A stretch of 63,612 nt of DNA, the filler included, from Licmophora abbreviata (Eukaryota): assembly GCA_900291995.1 (NCBI GenBank). It is 9 parts of 9 records of this genome, joined end to end, with 100 filler letters (N's around TTAATTAATTAA, not from the genome) between each part and the next. Parts side by side here need not be neighbours in the genome. Positions count along the whole stretch, not along the records: positions 36,275 to 40,267 come from OLMU01000257.1; positions 40,368 to 43,573 come from OLMU01000260.1; positions 43,674 to 45,597 come from OLMU01000261.1; positions 45,698 to 47,948 come from OLMU01000262.1; positions 48,049 to 61,777 come from OLMU01000263.1; 4 more parts are not named here. One strand, written 5' to 3'. Of this stretch, positions 37,243-49,251 are shown piece by piece. The notes beneath the pieces are model-generated. The model did not search any database. It saw only the letters and a program-made list of their open reading frames with translations, and was not told the DNA's origin. A program made the position numbers and the translations under genes. The first letter of the stretch is position 1, and every line of letters starts with the position of its first letter.

Positions 37243-38379
37243 ATGGATGCGATTGTCCAGTTCATTCGTAACGCCTCGTGCTGCATAAAGGACTTAAACC
37301 TGTTTTCGGACAGCTTTCTGTACGATCCCAGTGTCACGGCGCAGTACTACCGCTTTCCTGCGCCCATGCACAAGACGACGCCACTTGAGATCATGATTTG
37401 CGTGACTCAGTTCTATGCGTTCGCAAGCGTCACCGTGAGTGGATTTCGGCTGATTAACGAGAGTGGTCTGGGAAAGCTACGACGTATCAATCGACTGAGG
37501 GAGCTCGACTTGACCTCTAACATTTCAAATGGACTCATCGACGAGATTGTAAAAGAGTCTCTCCGCAAGGAACGAACAAACGCATTCCGGTCACTTTTTA
37601 TCGGCGTGAATGTCATTAGTATCGGTCTTGCTTTCTTTTGGTTGTTTTGCAATAGTCTGCACATTACTGAAACGGATTGGATCGGTGGTTTGCCTGGACT
37701 CATCCACGCATTGACGGTGATGGAAATTGGGCTCATCCCTCTTCTGTACTACATGTTTCTTGACGGAATTGGCCAAATCAGCAAGTCGGACCGCATGACC
37801 TACCTCAGTCGTATCCTCATCAAGAGCAAGGGTGGTGTCAGTGCGGCCGTATTGAACGAAGAAATGTACGGCCTAATTGTACACGGCGGCTGGTCGCCAT
37901 TCTGGAGCAATGGCTACAATATGTCAGACCCGCTCCCCGACGAAATGGAAGAAACGAAAAAGTTCAACGACGAACTATCGCAACTAGAAAAGACGCTCAA
38001 TACGTTGCTCGGGGAAAAGATTGTAACGGCGCGGCGCACCAAGATCATGACGCAGACGCTCCAGGAGACTGCAGCGCGTCTCCAAGCGGAGGCCTACGTA
38101 ACAAGACTTGAGGGCTATCGCGAATTCATCTATCTCATCATCAACTACGTTGCGTTCTATGGATATCTTTTGGGGATCATTTCGTATTACTTTGAGGAGG
38201 AAGAGGCACAGCCGTTCCTGATCAACATCTTCAAATTCGGGCTTTCGAACTCGGACGCAGACTGGCACGGGAACTTTGCTGGAGACTTCATGTGGACAAT
38301 TGAGCCATTTGTCATTCTGTGCAGTCCAATACTTTTTGGGTGGACGACGCCCAAGATCGCCAAGGTCAAAGTGGAGTGA
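37243..38379 (+). CDS. Hypothetical multi-pass membrane protein
   Basis: 378-aa intronless ORF with about 5 hydrophobic segments; family not recognised. Confidence 0.7.
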   Translation: MDAIVQFIRNASCCIKDLNLFSDSFLYDPSVTAQYYRFPAPMHKTTPLEIMICVTQFYAFASVTVSGFRLINESGLGKLRRINRLRELDLTSNISNGLIDEIVKESLRKERTNAFRSLFIGVNVISIGLAFFWLFCNSLHITETDWIGGLPGLIHALTVMEIGLIPLLYYMFLDGIGQISKSDRMTYLSRILIKSKGGVSAAVLNEEMYGLIVHGGWSPFWSNGYNMSDPLPDEMEETKKFNDELSQLEKTLNTLLGEKIVTARRTKIMTQTLQETAARLQAEAYVTRLEGYREFIYLIINYVAFYGYLLGIISYYFEEEEAQPFLINIFKFGLSNSDADWHGNFAGDFMWTIEPFVILCSPILFGWTTPKIAKVKVE

Positions 38380-38737
38380 GCTTGAGCGTGAGCATCGCTT
38401 GTGGGATAGATGCATTCACAATGAAGGCGTCGCATCTAACAATCTATAGAAAATGCCGTAGGAAGGAGTTTGCACTGGCATTTTTAGAAGTAGAATGCGA
38501 GAAGCAGTATTGTTACATTGTAAGATTGCGAGTGCGACTCTTCTAGAGAGCCATAAGAGTGCGATGTCGTGCTAGTCAAGCTGAAGTGCTATGAGATTTT
38601 TCTGTCGGACACGAGCTTTCAATCGAGAATAATATCCGGGCTTACGGAAAGAAAGCCTCCGCTGGATCCAAGCGCCGTCGACCTTGTATATCATGCCGAT
38701 AGAGTGTAACATATGATATCAACCTCCGCGCGCTGAG

Positions 38738-39859
38738 TCATCTCAAAGGCCCATTCAACTCCGTATCCGCGTCGGGCGCACCAACTTGCTGTGCCAGCGT
38801 TTGCAACATGCCTTGCATTATTTCTTGTGTTTCTTGCATTCGTTCTATTCGAGTCATCAGTCCATTGATTCGTAACCGTGCATTCGCCAACTGTTCTTCC
38901 GGTGTCTCCTTACGGTCGACGTCCTCCTTTCTCGACTCGGCATCAGCAACTGCTACTGCATCACATACGACGGCAATGATCAAATTGAAGACGATAAAAC
39001 CGGAAATGGCAATGAAAGCGACAAAGGGCAACCAAGCCCAGCTCTCAAACGACATGACTTCGCGGGCCACATCCGCCCACTCGAGCGTCATCATTTCCAT
39101 GCAAGAAAAAAGTGAGGCGTCGAGCGATTTGAAGTTGCTGTTCTCCAGTGGCAAGTCCTTGAAAAGCGATGTGAACAAAACAGCAAATATATAAAAGACC
39201 AGTCCGAGCAGGAACATAATCGCCGCCATTCGTGGCAGCACTGCCCCGATCGCAACGACCAAGTCTCGCAAGACCTTGATTCTCGTAATGAGTCGGAATC
39301 CTCGAAAGATTCGAAAGGCGCGAATAACCTGAATGCTGTCGAAGCCCCAGCTTAAAAAGATAATGACAAAATCAAAGACCAGCCATCCGTCCAGAAAGAG
39401 TCGCCAGCCTCGATATCCAAACTGAAGTGCTAGTTCGACTGTGAAGATACTCAAGAATACAATGTCGGTCGTCTCGAACGCTTTACTGACGTCCGGATTG
39501 TCCTTGACGAAACTAAAAGTCGCCAGTCCCATCATAATGGCGTTGATGACAATCAACGCGATGATACCAAGCTGTACATAGACGTGATTGATGACGTCGC
39601 CACATCGTTGCCGAAATCGGGTAAACCAGTATTTGGAATCGAGATTCGCGAGTCTTCGAGATTGTGCCATTGTCAGTTTGGTCTGCGCCGGGTCGTCGCT
39701 GCTGCCCATTTCTGAATGCGCCTCATAGTACTCTGACTCAGTGCCACTTTTGGCCGATACGCGGCTGGGGGCTCTATGGAAGGCATGCTGCTGCTGATGG
39801 CAGGGAACTGTTTGGTGATGGTGTTGATGTCCGTCGTCGTCATCCTCGGTCGGTGACAT
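38738..39859 (-). CDS. Single-domain voltage-gated cation channel (EukCatA, BacNav-like)
   Basis: One 6-TM repeat; S4 IRAFRIFRGFRLITRIK; filter MTLEWAD; S6 FNLIIAVVCDAV; C-terminal coiled coil. Confidence 0.88.
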   Translation of the reverse strand: MSPTEDDDDGHQHHHQTVPCHQQQHAFHRAPSRVSAKSGTESEYYEAHSEMGSSDDPAQTKLTMAQSRRLANLDSKYWFTRFRQRCGDVINHVYVQLGIIALIVINAIMMGLATFSFVKDNPDVSKAFETTDIVFLSIFTVELALQFGYRGWRLFLDGWLVFDFVIIFLSWGFDSIQVIRAFRIFRGFRLITRIKVLRDLVVAIGAVLPRMAAIMFLLGLVFYIFAVLFTSLFKDLPLENSNFKSLDASLFSCMEMMTLEWADVAREVMSFESWAWLPFVAFIAISGFIVFNLIIAVVCDAVAVADAESRKEDVDRKETPEEQLANARLRINGLMTRIERMQETQEIMQGMLQTLAQQVGAPDADTELNGPLR

Positions 39860-40367
39860 GGTGCTACAGTTATAGAAAAGACTCAATGAAGTAAAGCTAA
39901 GAAAGCGAAGCAAACACAAACAGCAGGAAGGGCAACAACAATTGAGAAGGACCGAATATACAGGACAGTGGTAGGCGATCGTGTCACCCCGTTCTTTCCC
40001 GTCGCCTCCGCTGCGCATCACTGTTTTCCCGCCACTCTCGCGTCGCCAAGTTTGTATCCACTGATGGCAATACCAATCCATCGTAGAAATCTACATCATG
40101 TGACAGCGTACAGCCTTTGGGGTCGCACTTTCTTTATTCGAACTCACCGTTTCGTCGCCTTTTGCAATCAATCCTCTTGACGGCTACACGAGGCGCACGC
40201 TGCAAGGTTTGAATGAATGAATCCATCAATCCTCGAGAGTGCTTCAGAGCAAGCATGTAAGCATGTTNNNNNNNNNNNNNNNNNNNNNNNNNNNNNNNNN
40301 NNNNNNNNNNNTTAATTAATTAANNNNNNNNNNNNNNNNNNNNNNNNNNNNNNNNNNNNNNNNNNNN

Positions 40368-40906
40368 CTCTCACCGTCTTGCACAAGCTGGCAACAAGAC
40401 TCTGCCGCAGACCGCACCTCGGTGGTAGCATCTGTCTGTGCGCACCACAGGCCACCCCAAACTTCTCCGCCCCGCTGCTCCATGACCATGCTTGTCCAGG
40501 CCTTCGGTAGCCGTTCGTAGGCAGCGTGGAGACATTGAATAGAAGCAGCCCGAACACTTGAGAAATCGTCGTATCCCAGCTTGGAGTGGTAGATGAACAA
40601 CAAATGTGACAGCGCAGCAACCTGATCTTTCTTCGAAACATCCTGCTTTTCAAAGTATTCCCGCAATTCTCCCAGAGCCCGTGCTTTCGTAATTCCATCT
40701 CGTTTCTGTGCTATACGACGAAAAATCAAATGCAGACGCTGCTCCGATCCAGTATACACGGGAGACCACTGCTGTTGCAGCGGTTTTGATGGTTGTGCAA
40801 AACCAACAACGCTTGGCGTCTCCGTCGGACTGGCGGCGAAGGCACCAAACCCGACAAACTCGCCACTTCCCTTTTCCAATCGAGTTTTTCGCTTATCGCG
40901 CGGCAT
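40368..40906 (-). CDS. LTN1: N-terminal fragment of E3 ligase listerin (Ltn1), truncated by gap
   Basis: FVGFGAF, IFRRIAQKRDGITKARALGEL, YHSKLGYDDFSSVRAAS, WCAQTD..EVRSAA. Confidence 0.8.
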
Positions 40907-41406
40907 CGTTAAGGCACTACCGTATTGTGGAGACTGGAGCGTTCCTTCTGTGTCCCTCCAACAGTGACTGATCAAATATCGTGGTGGTGACGTTGTGATG
41001 GCGGCTAGACCTACTGGTACTCGTCGAACTTCGAACTTGAGAGTACTATACCAGGCACTTTCAACCTCTTTCGAGGCCTGCGGCGCGCCAAAAAAGGAGC
41101 AGCGGTCAGAATCTCGAAAGTCTCGAAAGCAAGATTCCTAACTCCTTTCATATCCGGGTGCTTCCAGGAGTCTTGTTCGATCCGGCGTCGTCCGGCGCCC
41201 ACCCCTCTTCTCGATCTCTCGTCGCCGGCGACACTGCATACCGCCATGGTAACACATCGGCCGTACTCTCACGACAACGACGACTTCCTTGCCGCACTAA
41301 CGAACGAGATTAAGAGAAAAATACTTCTACAGACTGAGGTAGAATAATTTTGGACGAGGATTGAAAGAGAACAGGACGTATCCGCATCACTTTTCAGCAG
41401 ACAGTC

Positions 41407-44400
41407 ATGTCCGATTTGAGAAGCGGCAGCGGCGAGAAACTCCCCCCGCTTCATGAATCTGACGACGAAGACTTGGAGGACTTCGACGAGCTGCAGCTAC
41501 CGTCGAGAGAAGACAGGCCCGCTCGACCGAAACGCGTCAGTTTTACCAGTTTGTTGAGAAAGAGTCGGAACACTCTAGCACGCCCCTCTCAAAGTCGACG
41601 TCAGTTGTCCGATCCCACCGACACTCGGGCCGCCGCCAGAAAGTCCGGACTACGCGCCACTTTGAGCCACTACTTCTCTTCGGTGAGACAGCAAAACAGT
41701 GACGAGTTCGGGAGTGGATATGTTGATTCAGAAGGTGAGACTCGGTCTACACGAGGCGCACGCAACTTCCGGAGGCGCGGACCGAGGAGTCATGATCTGT
41801 CTTCACAGGCTTCTTCTCGCCAATCTGCTGATACAATGGCTTCACGCGCGACGTATTTACGTTATCGTGTTGGAGATCCCGTATTGGTCAATTGCGACCA
41901 ATCGAAGTGGGCAAACCTAGTGAATCGATACGGGTATCCGCCGGAACAGGGAATGACACCGGAAGAGCAGCGCGGTCCCTACATGTACGTCCTTGCGACG
42001 GTAACGAAGGTGCATTTCGACGAAGATGTAGAATATTACACTGTGAATCGATACGATACAGGTGGTGACCAACGCGCAAACGTCGAGTGGATGGAACCCA
42101 TACGGACAGCGAGAGGCGAAGCTGCAGCGCTGCGTGCTGCCTCGGCAAGCTCAAACGCCAACAAAACAGATGAGGAATTGGCAGAATCGCTCCTTAGTTC
42201 TGAATCTACGAATGGCTTCTGCGTAAATATTGTTCTTTTTCCGATTCTATGGATCTATGGCGTTCTGTATACATGGGTGTGGAAACCGGTCTCGTGGCTT
42301 GGAAAGCAAGTGATCGCCGCTGTTCGCTCCCAGGCAAAGTTGTTTTTGCACGGTGTTCCACCGTATGCACTTTCCTTCCGGATCACGATGGTCAATCTAT
42401 TGGTTTTGAGCAGCATATGGTACATGTTTATCGATCAAGTGAGGCTGGCTTTCTTTCATCCAAGCTCAGACTACAGCCTTGCGGTTGTATCCTTGTAAGT
42501 CTTTGGGTGACGCACACATATCCATTAAATGACCACCTGACGAACCATTTCTCACACCATCTTGCCTCTGCTCCTTCACATAGCGTTTTCTGGATTGTGT
42601 TGGTACTCGAGCTTATGTTTGAGGTATTTATTCGCCCTGAAGGCTACAGCTATCTCATCACGTCAGACAAGGCGTACTCCCCGATCACTGCGAGATTCAT
42701 CAATGCCTTTCACCTTTTCTTTGAAAGCATATCACTGGCCGCCTTTGTGCCAGAATTCGTTTGCTTAATGACGTCAACGTATTCTTGTAGCGACAGACCA
42801 GCGCTGTCCTTCTTCAACGCGTCGCTATTGGCCGTGCTTGGTCCGAGTCGTGCCAATGTGTTCTACGGACGAGCTTTCATGGCGCTGGTTCGACTGCGGG
42901 TATTCGGCCTCGTGCGACATTGGAAGAAGATGTGGTTGACAAACACCTACGTGACGATGAAGTGGAAGTCCCGGCCAGGGACGGCGAAAGAGATGCTGAT
43001 GCGTCACATTTCTCTATCGCGGCAGACCTCCGTGCCAAACAATGTGGCCGAGGAACAACAGGAGAAGGACTGGTCGCTAGTGCATGCATCAAACATTGGC
43101 ACAGCGTTGATGGTGACGAACTCGCACCGTGCTCTGCTGCTTATGTGGTTCATCATGGGAATTTACCCTTTGCTTTATGCGGTGAACATTAGCCAAATCA
43201 ATCCCGTTGCGACTGAAATGGTTGACCAGCTCGCGGCACTAAATCTTCGACTTACGAATGCCTCAGATCCGGAGGAATGCAATTTCTTTATTGCGTCGAT
43301 CATTTCGTGGCTGGTCGGTGTGACAACTGGAAACAAGGCGGGATTTGGAGGCGATGGGCTAGACATTTTTGTTCTCTACCTCGAGCTTTCGCCATTACGT
43401 TGTGGCCTTACAAGCGTCGCGACACGCGATCTGTGCGATGATATCGACTACACAAATCTAACTAAAGAAGAGCTGCAGCTGGTGAACGGCATGTGCGAAG
43501 TCTGGAACGCCACGTACCCCGGCATCACAGATGAGGCGCTGGCAGAGCTTGTCGATTGCAGGGTTGGATCCGTNNNNNNNNNNNNNNNNNNNNNNNNNNN
43601 NNNNNNNNNNNNNNNNNTTAATTAATTAANNNNNNNNNNNNNNNNNNNNNNNNNNNNNNNNNNNNNNNNNNNNGTCGATTGCAGGGTTGGATCCGTCTAC
43701 ACCGTTTCCTCCGAGTCGACCATTGGAAACTACACTGACTCAAATGGCACCCTAGTCCTGGACGCCGAGTTTTCAGTTGTCGCCAAATACGACGAATCAA
43801 TTGTTGTTCGCCCAGCGTAAGTCTACGGGCACGACTGTGATGCTCACATTCGTGTATTCCGTCTCACTCTGCTTCTTTCTCGTGTCTTTCGTCTCGCAGC
43901 TCTGCATTGTCCTTCTTCTTGCAGATTTGTGTGCTGATATGTGTACTGGGCGGCTTGTCTCTACTGAGAAGTGATGCAGCGACGCTTGTCCTTAGTCCTC
44001 TACGAAGAATGCTCAAGATTGTTGCGCGTTGTAAGTCAAAGACTGTCGTAGCAAACCTCGCATTGTGCTCGCGCAATCCACAGCTTGACTCACAACCAAC
44101 CTTACCTTTCTTGCTGTCGTAGACTCCAAGAACCCTCTAGCCCCTACGAACGCTACCAAGAATGAGGACACCGACTCGGACGATGACAGCGATGTTGCTG
44201 GTGCGACATCAACCAGCAAACTTGGTAACTTCGAGACGGAACAACTTATCAACGCCATCACCAAGATTGCCGATTTACTGCGAAAGTGCTGGGGCGTCGC
44301 AGGCGCCGACATTATCTCTACTAACCTTGACACCAAGGAAGGTACACTGACCGAGGTTTTCAACCCCACTGTGCCGGGGAAAAGTGTTTACGCCTTGTTT

Positions 44401-45782
44401 GGATTTGCCGCAATTCAGCAATTCGACCACATCCTTCGTAATCTCGGAGACGAAGTGATGATTCTCATCAACGACGTGGCGGCTGTCCTGCACACGGAAG
44501 TGTTCCGATGGGGATTCGGCGACAGCGGTCAGTGCAACAAGAATCTCGGTAGTGCCTTCCTTATGGTTTATCGGATTGGACTTGTCAAGGAGGTATTTGA
44601 GAAGCTTGAACAAGCCACGGATGTCGTCTTTTCGAACCCCTCCAAGGCAAAGTCTGACGCTAGACAACGACGAGCCGACCAGAACAAGAAGCTCCCACCG
44701 TCCGACCAAAAGTCGCGTCTGCAAATGGCCCGCACGGTTGCCGCGGAACGGCGTCAACGCCGAGCGCACCATGCACGCAAGGGTGCCAACGCCATGAGCC
44801 TGTCGTTGCAGTCACTGCCCGGCATCTCCGCCTTTACCGATCGGGCCGTCATCGGAATGCTCAAGAGCTTCGCTGGTATTTATCGGGATAACAAGTTGAC
44901 GATTTGGAAGAAAGACTTTCGTCTCGGCGCAGGCGTCGGTGCCTTTTCCATCAACCTCATCTTTGGCATGGACGCAGGGTGGGCGCAGGAGGGTGCCGTC
45001 GGTAGTTCGTTCAAAATTGATGCGACGTATCTCTCACCGCATGTCAACATGGCATCGCGTATGATGAGTGCGTGCAAACAGTACGGCGTGAGTATACTTT
45101 TGAGTCAGGCAGTCGAAGAGCTCATGTCCGAAACGGCTCGCAGCAAGTTACGGCATTTGGATACCATCACGGTAAAGGGAAGTACGTTGAAGCAGAGGAT
45201 CTACACGTACGATGCTCGACACGAGGGTGTCGATTTCTTTCTCTTTGATCGTTCCGAAGAACAGGCCGACATTGATTCCGAGCGGTACTCACCGGCGATT
45301 TGGAATACCGATCAAGATTTGAAGGCCATGCGAGAGCATGTGACGGAAGACTTTGAAGAAGCGTTCAGCAAGGGACGTGATGCGTACCTAGCCGGTGACT
45401 GGGAAACGGCTGTGAAGCATTTGGAACGGGCCGACGAAATCATGGTGGAGAATGTACAAGAGATGGGATATCTAGAGGCCGACTTGGGAGACGAAGACGC
45501 TGGGATACATGCTGGTGATCTAGGGGCAGTGGAAGTGGAACGAAGTGAAAAAGAAGACGGCCCGACGCGATGTCTGCTCAACTATATTGCCAAGGAGNNN
45601 NNNNNNNNNNNNNNNNNNNNNNNNNNNNNNNNNNNNNNNNNTTAATTAATTAANNNNNNNNNNNNNNNNNNNNNNNNNNNNNNNNNNNNNNNNNNNNGCG
45701 ATGTCTGCTCAACTATATTGCCAAGGAGGGTGGTCGTGCTCCCGACTCTTGGAAGGGCTATCGTCCTCTTCTCAACAAGTGA
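41407..45782 (+). CDS. Membrane class III adenylyl cyclase-like protein with channel-like TM module (introns 42495-42583, 43817-43899, 44031-44122; spans two closable gaps)
   Basis: FETEQLINAITKIADLLRKCWGVAGADII, PGKSVYALFGF, NKNLGSAFL, GAVGSSFKIDATYLSPHVNMASRM, DTITVKGS, APDSWKGYRPL, as in alveolate/stramenopile membrane ACs. Confidence 0.85.
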
Positions 45783-45866
45783 GTCAAGTCTACTAATAGT
45801 TACTATTGTCGTCATAATTAGTTGCATAGATTATAAATATAGGTCTAATACTCGCACTTGGTATGT

Positions 45867-46515
45867 CTATGATGATTCCTGAGCAGCGGGCGGTTCGTTG
45901 GCACCAAACTCCCAGTCTCTTCGGCAAATAGGACACGTATTTCGGCTGGCATTGATCCATTTCGAGACTGAGCGCGGCCAACAAGACAAGGAAAAACGCA
46001 ACGTGTCAGCACGTTCGAAAATCATGAAGGCAACAAGACAGCAACCCGAATGGCAACGCACGCTACGACAAAGTACAAAGTAGATTTTCTGCTTGCTCAA
46101 GACAAGATCTTCCGCCAAGATTCCACAGACACTCACCACATTGTAAGTGTAAAGCATGTCCACACTTGCCCCAGACCAACGGACTTTCGTCTCCAGGATA
46201 CTTGACTCCCGGAGCAGCTCCTTCAAAGGCCGATTGACAAATAGCACACACATCATCTTCGTCGCCTGCATTCCACGTCCACTTGGCGACTCCGTGAAAG
46301 CGCTTGATTCTCACTCGTAGTGTACGACGACACTGCGACGAGGATGTAGCAGTAGCAGTAGCAGCAGCAACGCGATGAGGGACAATGGGAGTGTCGCTGG
46401 GGCGTTTTCGAGACGAATCAGATGCAACGGATGGTACCTCCGATAATGACATTTCGGCTACTAGAGTGCTGTCAATGGATCGTTTGCGATGCGGCGATGA
46501 GGAAGAGGACGCCAT
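45867..46515 (-). CDS. ANAPC11: Anaphase-promoting complex subunit 11, RING-H2 (exons 46515-46137, 45967-45867)
   Basis: VRIKRFHGVAKWTW..CAICQSAFEG..PGDESPLVWGKCGHALHLQCVSKWI..CPICRRDWEF. Confidence 0.9.
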
Positions 46516-46745
46516 GGTAGAGTCGGTGGAGAGTGGATGTGAGGGTGGATGCAGACACAATGATGAGACCAGACCTCGCGTAATAGCTCGTACAAAGAGA
46601 ATCCGGAATCTGGCACGTTTGAACTCTGAACTGGGACCGAAAAGAACACAAAGAATCCATTCTCGAAAAACAAGAGATGTCTGCGAGCAGATGGCCCCCA
46701 TCACAAAAACACAAGATCGCAGCGGCTTACACCATGACGAAGACG

Positions 46746-47948
46746 ATGAGCGTTCTTCCGCAGCTTCTCCTCTCGTGGCTACTGTGTTCCAGTCACGGGG
46801 ACGCTTTTACACACTCCTCATTGCAGCAGCGACGATTTATAGCCTCGTCGTCACTCTCAAATCTCCACTCGACCAAGCCGCCTCTAAGAGATGACGAGGT
46901 CGCAGACATTCGCCTTGAGATTGAGGAAATGCGACGAGAAGCGTTGCGGCGAATGGAAGCACTGGAAACCAAGCTTCACGAAGCTGATGTCAATGCAGAA
47001 GAGCGAAAGCGCCAGAAAGTAAAGGAGATGGCGACTGCATCAGCGGCTGTGAAAGAGACAACAGCGACAGCCTCCGCAGTCAAGACACTGGAAGAGGAAC
47101 AACCAAGCATGGCGGTCAGTGGAATCGAGCCCGCTTCTGCAGAAACGACGGAAAGTCCTGCGATTCGTCTCCCAACACGTGTCACTGCTCCCACCGATTC
47201 TCACGCGGATCGACGCCTTCATCGAACGTGGTGGAAGCTCATGCTGAATGTTGGTCGCGAACCCGGCACCTGGATGCCGAAATCGTGGGGTGCCAGTGGC
47301 GAACGGCTCTTGTTGAATCTCGAATTGGAATTCACGTCCGACCAATTGTTTGCCCGAGAAGAATTCTTGAATGGCATGGGCGGCGCCAAGATTCTGAGAG
47401 TGCACGACTTGTACCTCGGGCCGACTCTCACTGAGGATAGTCACCAGGTCAAGGTCAAGGATACTGGTGGATGGAGAGTGGCATCAGGAGAAGGACCCAT
47501 GGGGACGGATCTGCTACGCTTTTACATTGAACTGGAAGAAGAATCCCGTCATCAAGGCGGCGACGTGTATTGTCCCAAGGGACGCGTCTACATGACGTGC
47601 GGCTTCTTTCCAACCTACAAGGACGGCATGTCGACTGGGTTGAAGGACCAGCTGCAGAAGGATCAGCGAATGCTGACAACTCGATACGAACAAGTCTCTC
47701 TCGATATGGAGGACGCTAACTTGTGGGACAAGATCAAGCTCGGCAAGGAGCTGATGGATCTTCGTATGCAGAGTGACAAGGTGGCGAGTCAGTTGAATGA
47801 AGTCAAGGTTCGCGAGCCGGAAAAGACACACCTTCGATTTGCCCCCCGAGGCGATGTGGCGCTTACCAAGGAGGGTGGCTTGTGTTGTAGGGTTTCCAAG
47901 GGACTGGCGGTAGAGTATCACATTCTTGGGAAGTTTGGTGTCGCAGCA
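46746..47948 (+). CDS. Hypothetical, probably plastid-targeted protein; 3' end in gap
   Basis: Signal peptide ending ..SHGDA-FTH (ASAFAP-like) followed by Ser/Arg-rich transit peptide; coiled coils; LNVGREPGTWMPKSWGASGERL core. Confidence 0.7.
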
Positions 47949-48170
47949 NNNNNNNNNNNNNNNNNNNNNNNNNNNNNNNNNNNNNNNNNNNNTTAATTAA
48001 TTAANNNNNNNNNNNNNNNNNNNNNNNNNNNNNNNNNNNNNNNNNNNNATTGAGGCCATAGGTACTATTACTGGTATCAAATGTCGTATCAAGAGATGGC
48101 TATACATGGGAAATGAAGATTAAAACAAGACACAGCGAAAGAAATGCACTACTTCAACATAAGCAATACT

Positions 48171-48744
48171 CTAGCAACCGAGTAGATCACGATATGTAGC
48201 AGCTTCTTTCTCCATCTCTTCCTTCGTTCGATCCTTCCTGTCCCTTGTCGTCTGGCACCTCCAGCTTCGGCTTGAGCGCCGCCAACTCTTCTCTCGGAGC
48301 CCATTCTTCCAGTTCATCATAGATTTTATCGTTTAGTTCAAAGTCACAGTCAATGCGAGGAAGAATATGAACGTGCACATGCGGCACACTTTGACCCGCT
48401 GAGCGGCCGTCTTGCACGGCCACATTGAAGGCAGACGCATTCATGTAGTGCTGCCCGAGCATGTTCTGAACGACTCGTACCGACTTCCACAAATCTAGGT
48501 ACTCGTCCTCATGCAGTTCATCTAAACGAGTGACAAGGCGCTTGGAAGCCACGAGAACGTGTCCTGGGACGATCGGTCGCAAGTTTACAAAAGCTGCCGA
48601 CAGTGCCGATCGGTAAAAGATAGTGCTCGACGAAATGCGGAACTTTCCAAAGAACAAAGACATGTCGTCGACGCTATCTTTCGAGGAAGCAGCAGCAACG
48701 TCCGATTCCGATTGCGAAGACGCTGGCAATGATGATGATGACAT
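48171..48744 (-). CDS. FHIT: Bis(5'-adenosyl)-triphosphatase (Fhit); apparent frameshift near 48242-48244
   Basis: AFVNLRPIVPGHVLV, VQDGRSAGQSVPHVHVHILPR, NDKIYDEL; conserved DRTKEEMEKEAATYR lies in the shifted frame. Confidence 0.9.
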
Positions 48745-49212
48745 GCCCAAGAAAGAGGAGCTCGTCCTGCTGGTTCTAGCGTCTCGACAGAAGAGTCCCA
48801 CCGATGATTTCGCACTGAACGCTGCTGCCGATGTTTCAAATGATTATGGAATTGCAATCAAACTGACGAAAAGGATCGCGATCCAGGAATGCCGTTCAGT
48901 AGTGGATGTCAGTTTTGGCATGGGGCGGGGATTACACAAGGATGCAGATCGGAGGCCCTGTGTTGTGCCATGGTCGCGATGATGTGTGTGGTGTGTGGTC
49001 GACAGTCGTCGTCGTCGCAGTGTGGTCGCGCGTGTTCCAGACACTCGGGACCGATGTGGGATGAAGAGAGGATTGATTCAATCATCAATCGCAAGTCAGT
49101 CCCGCCGCCACAGAGCGATCAGGAACAACATCAAGAGACACACACAGCACATGAACACATCTTGCTCTCACAAACGACGTGCCCTATAGTGCCTTACATC
49201 ACCTGCCGCCTA

Positions 49213-49251
49213 ACCAAACCCAAACCCAGACCCAAACCCAAACCCAAACCA
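49213..49251. repeat. (CCCAAA)n hexamer tract immediately upstream of the MFS start codon
   Basis: ACCAAACCCAAACCCAGACCCAAACCCAAACCCAAACCA. Confidence 0.85.
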
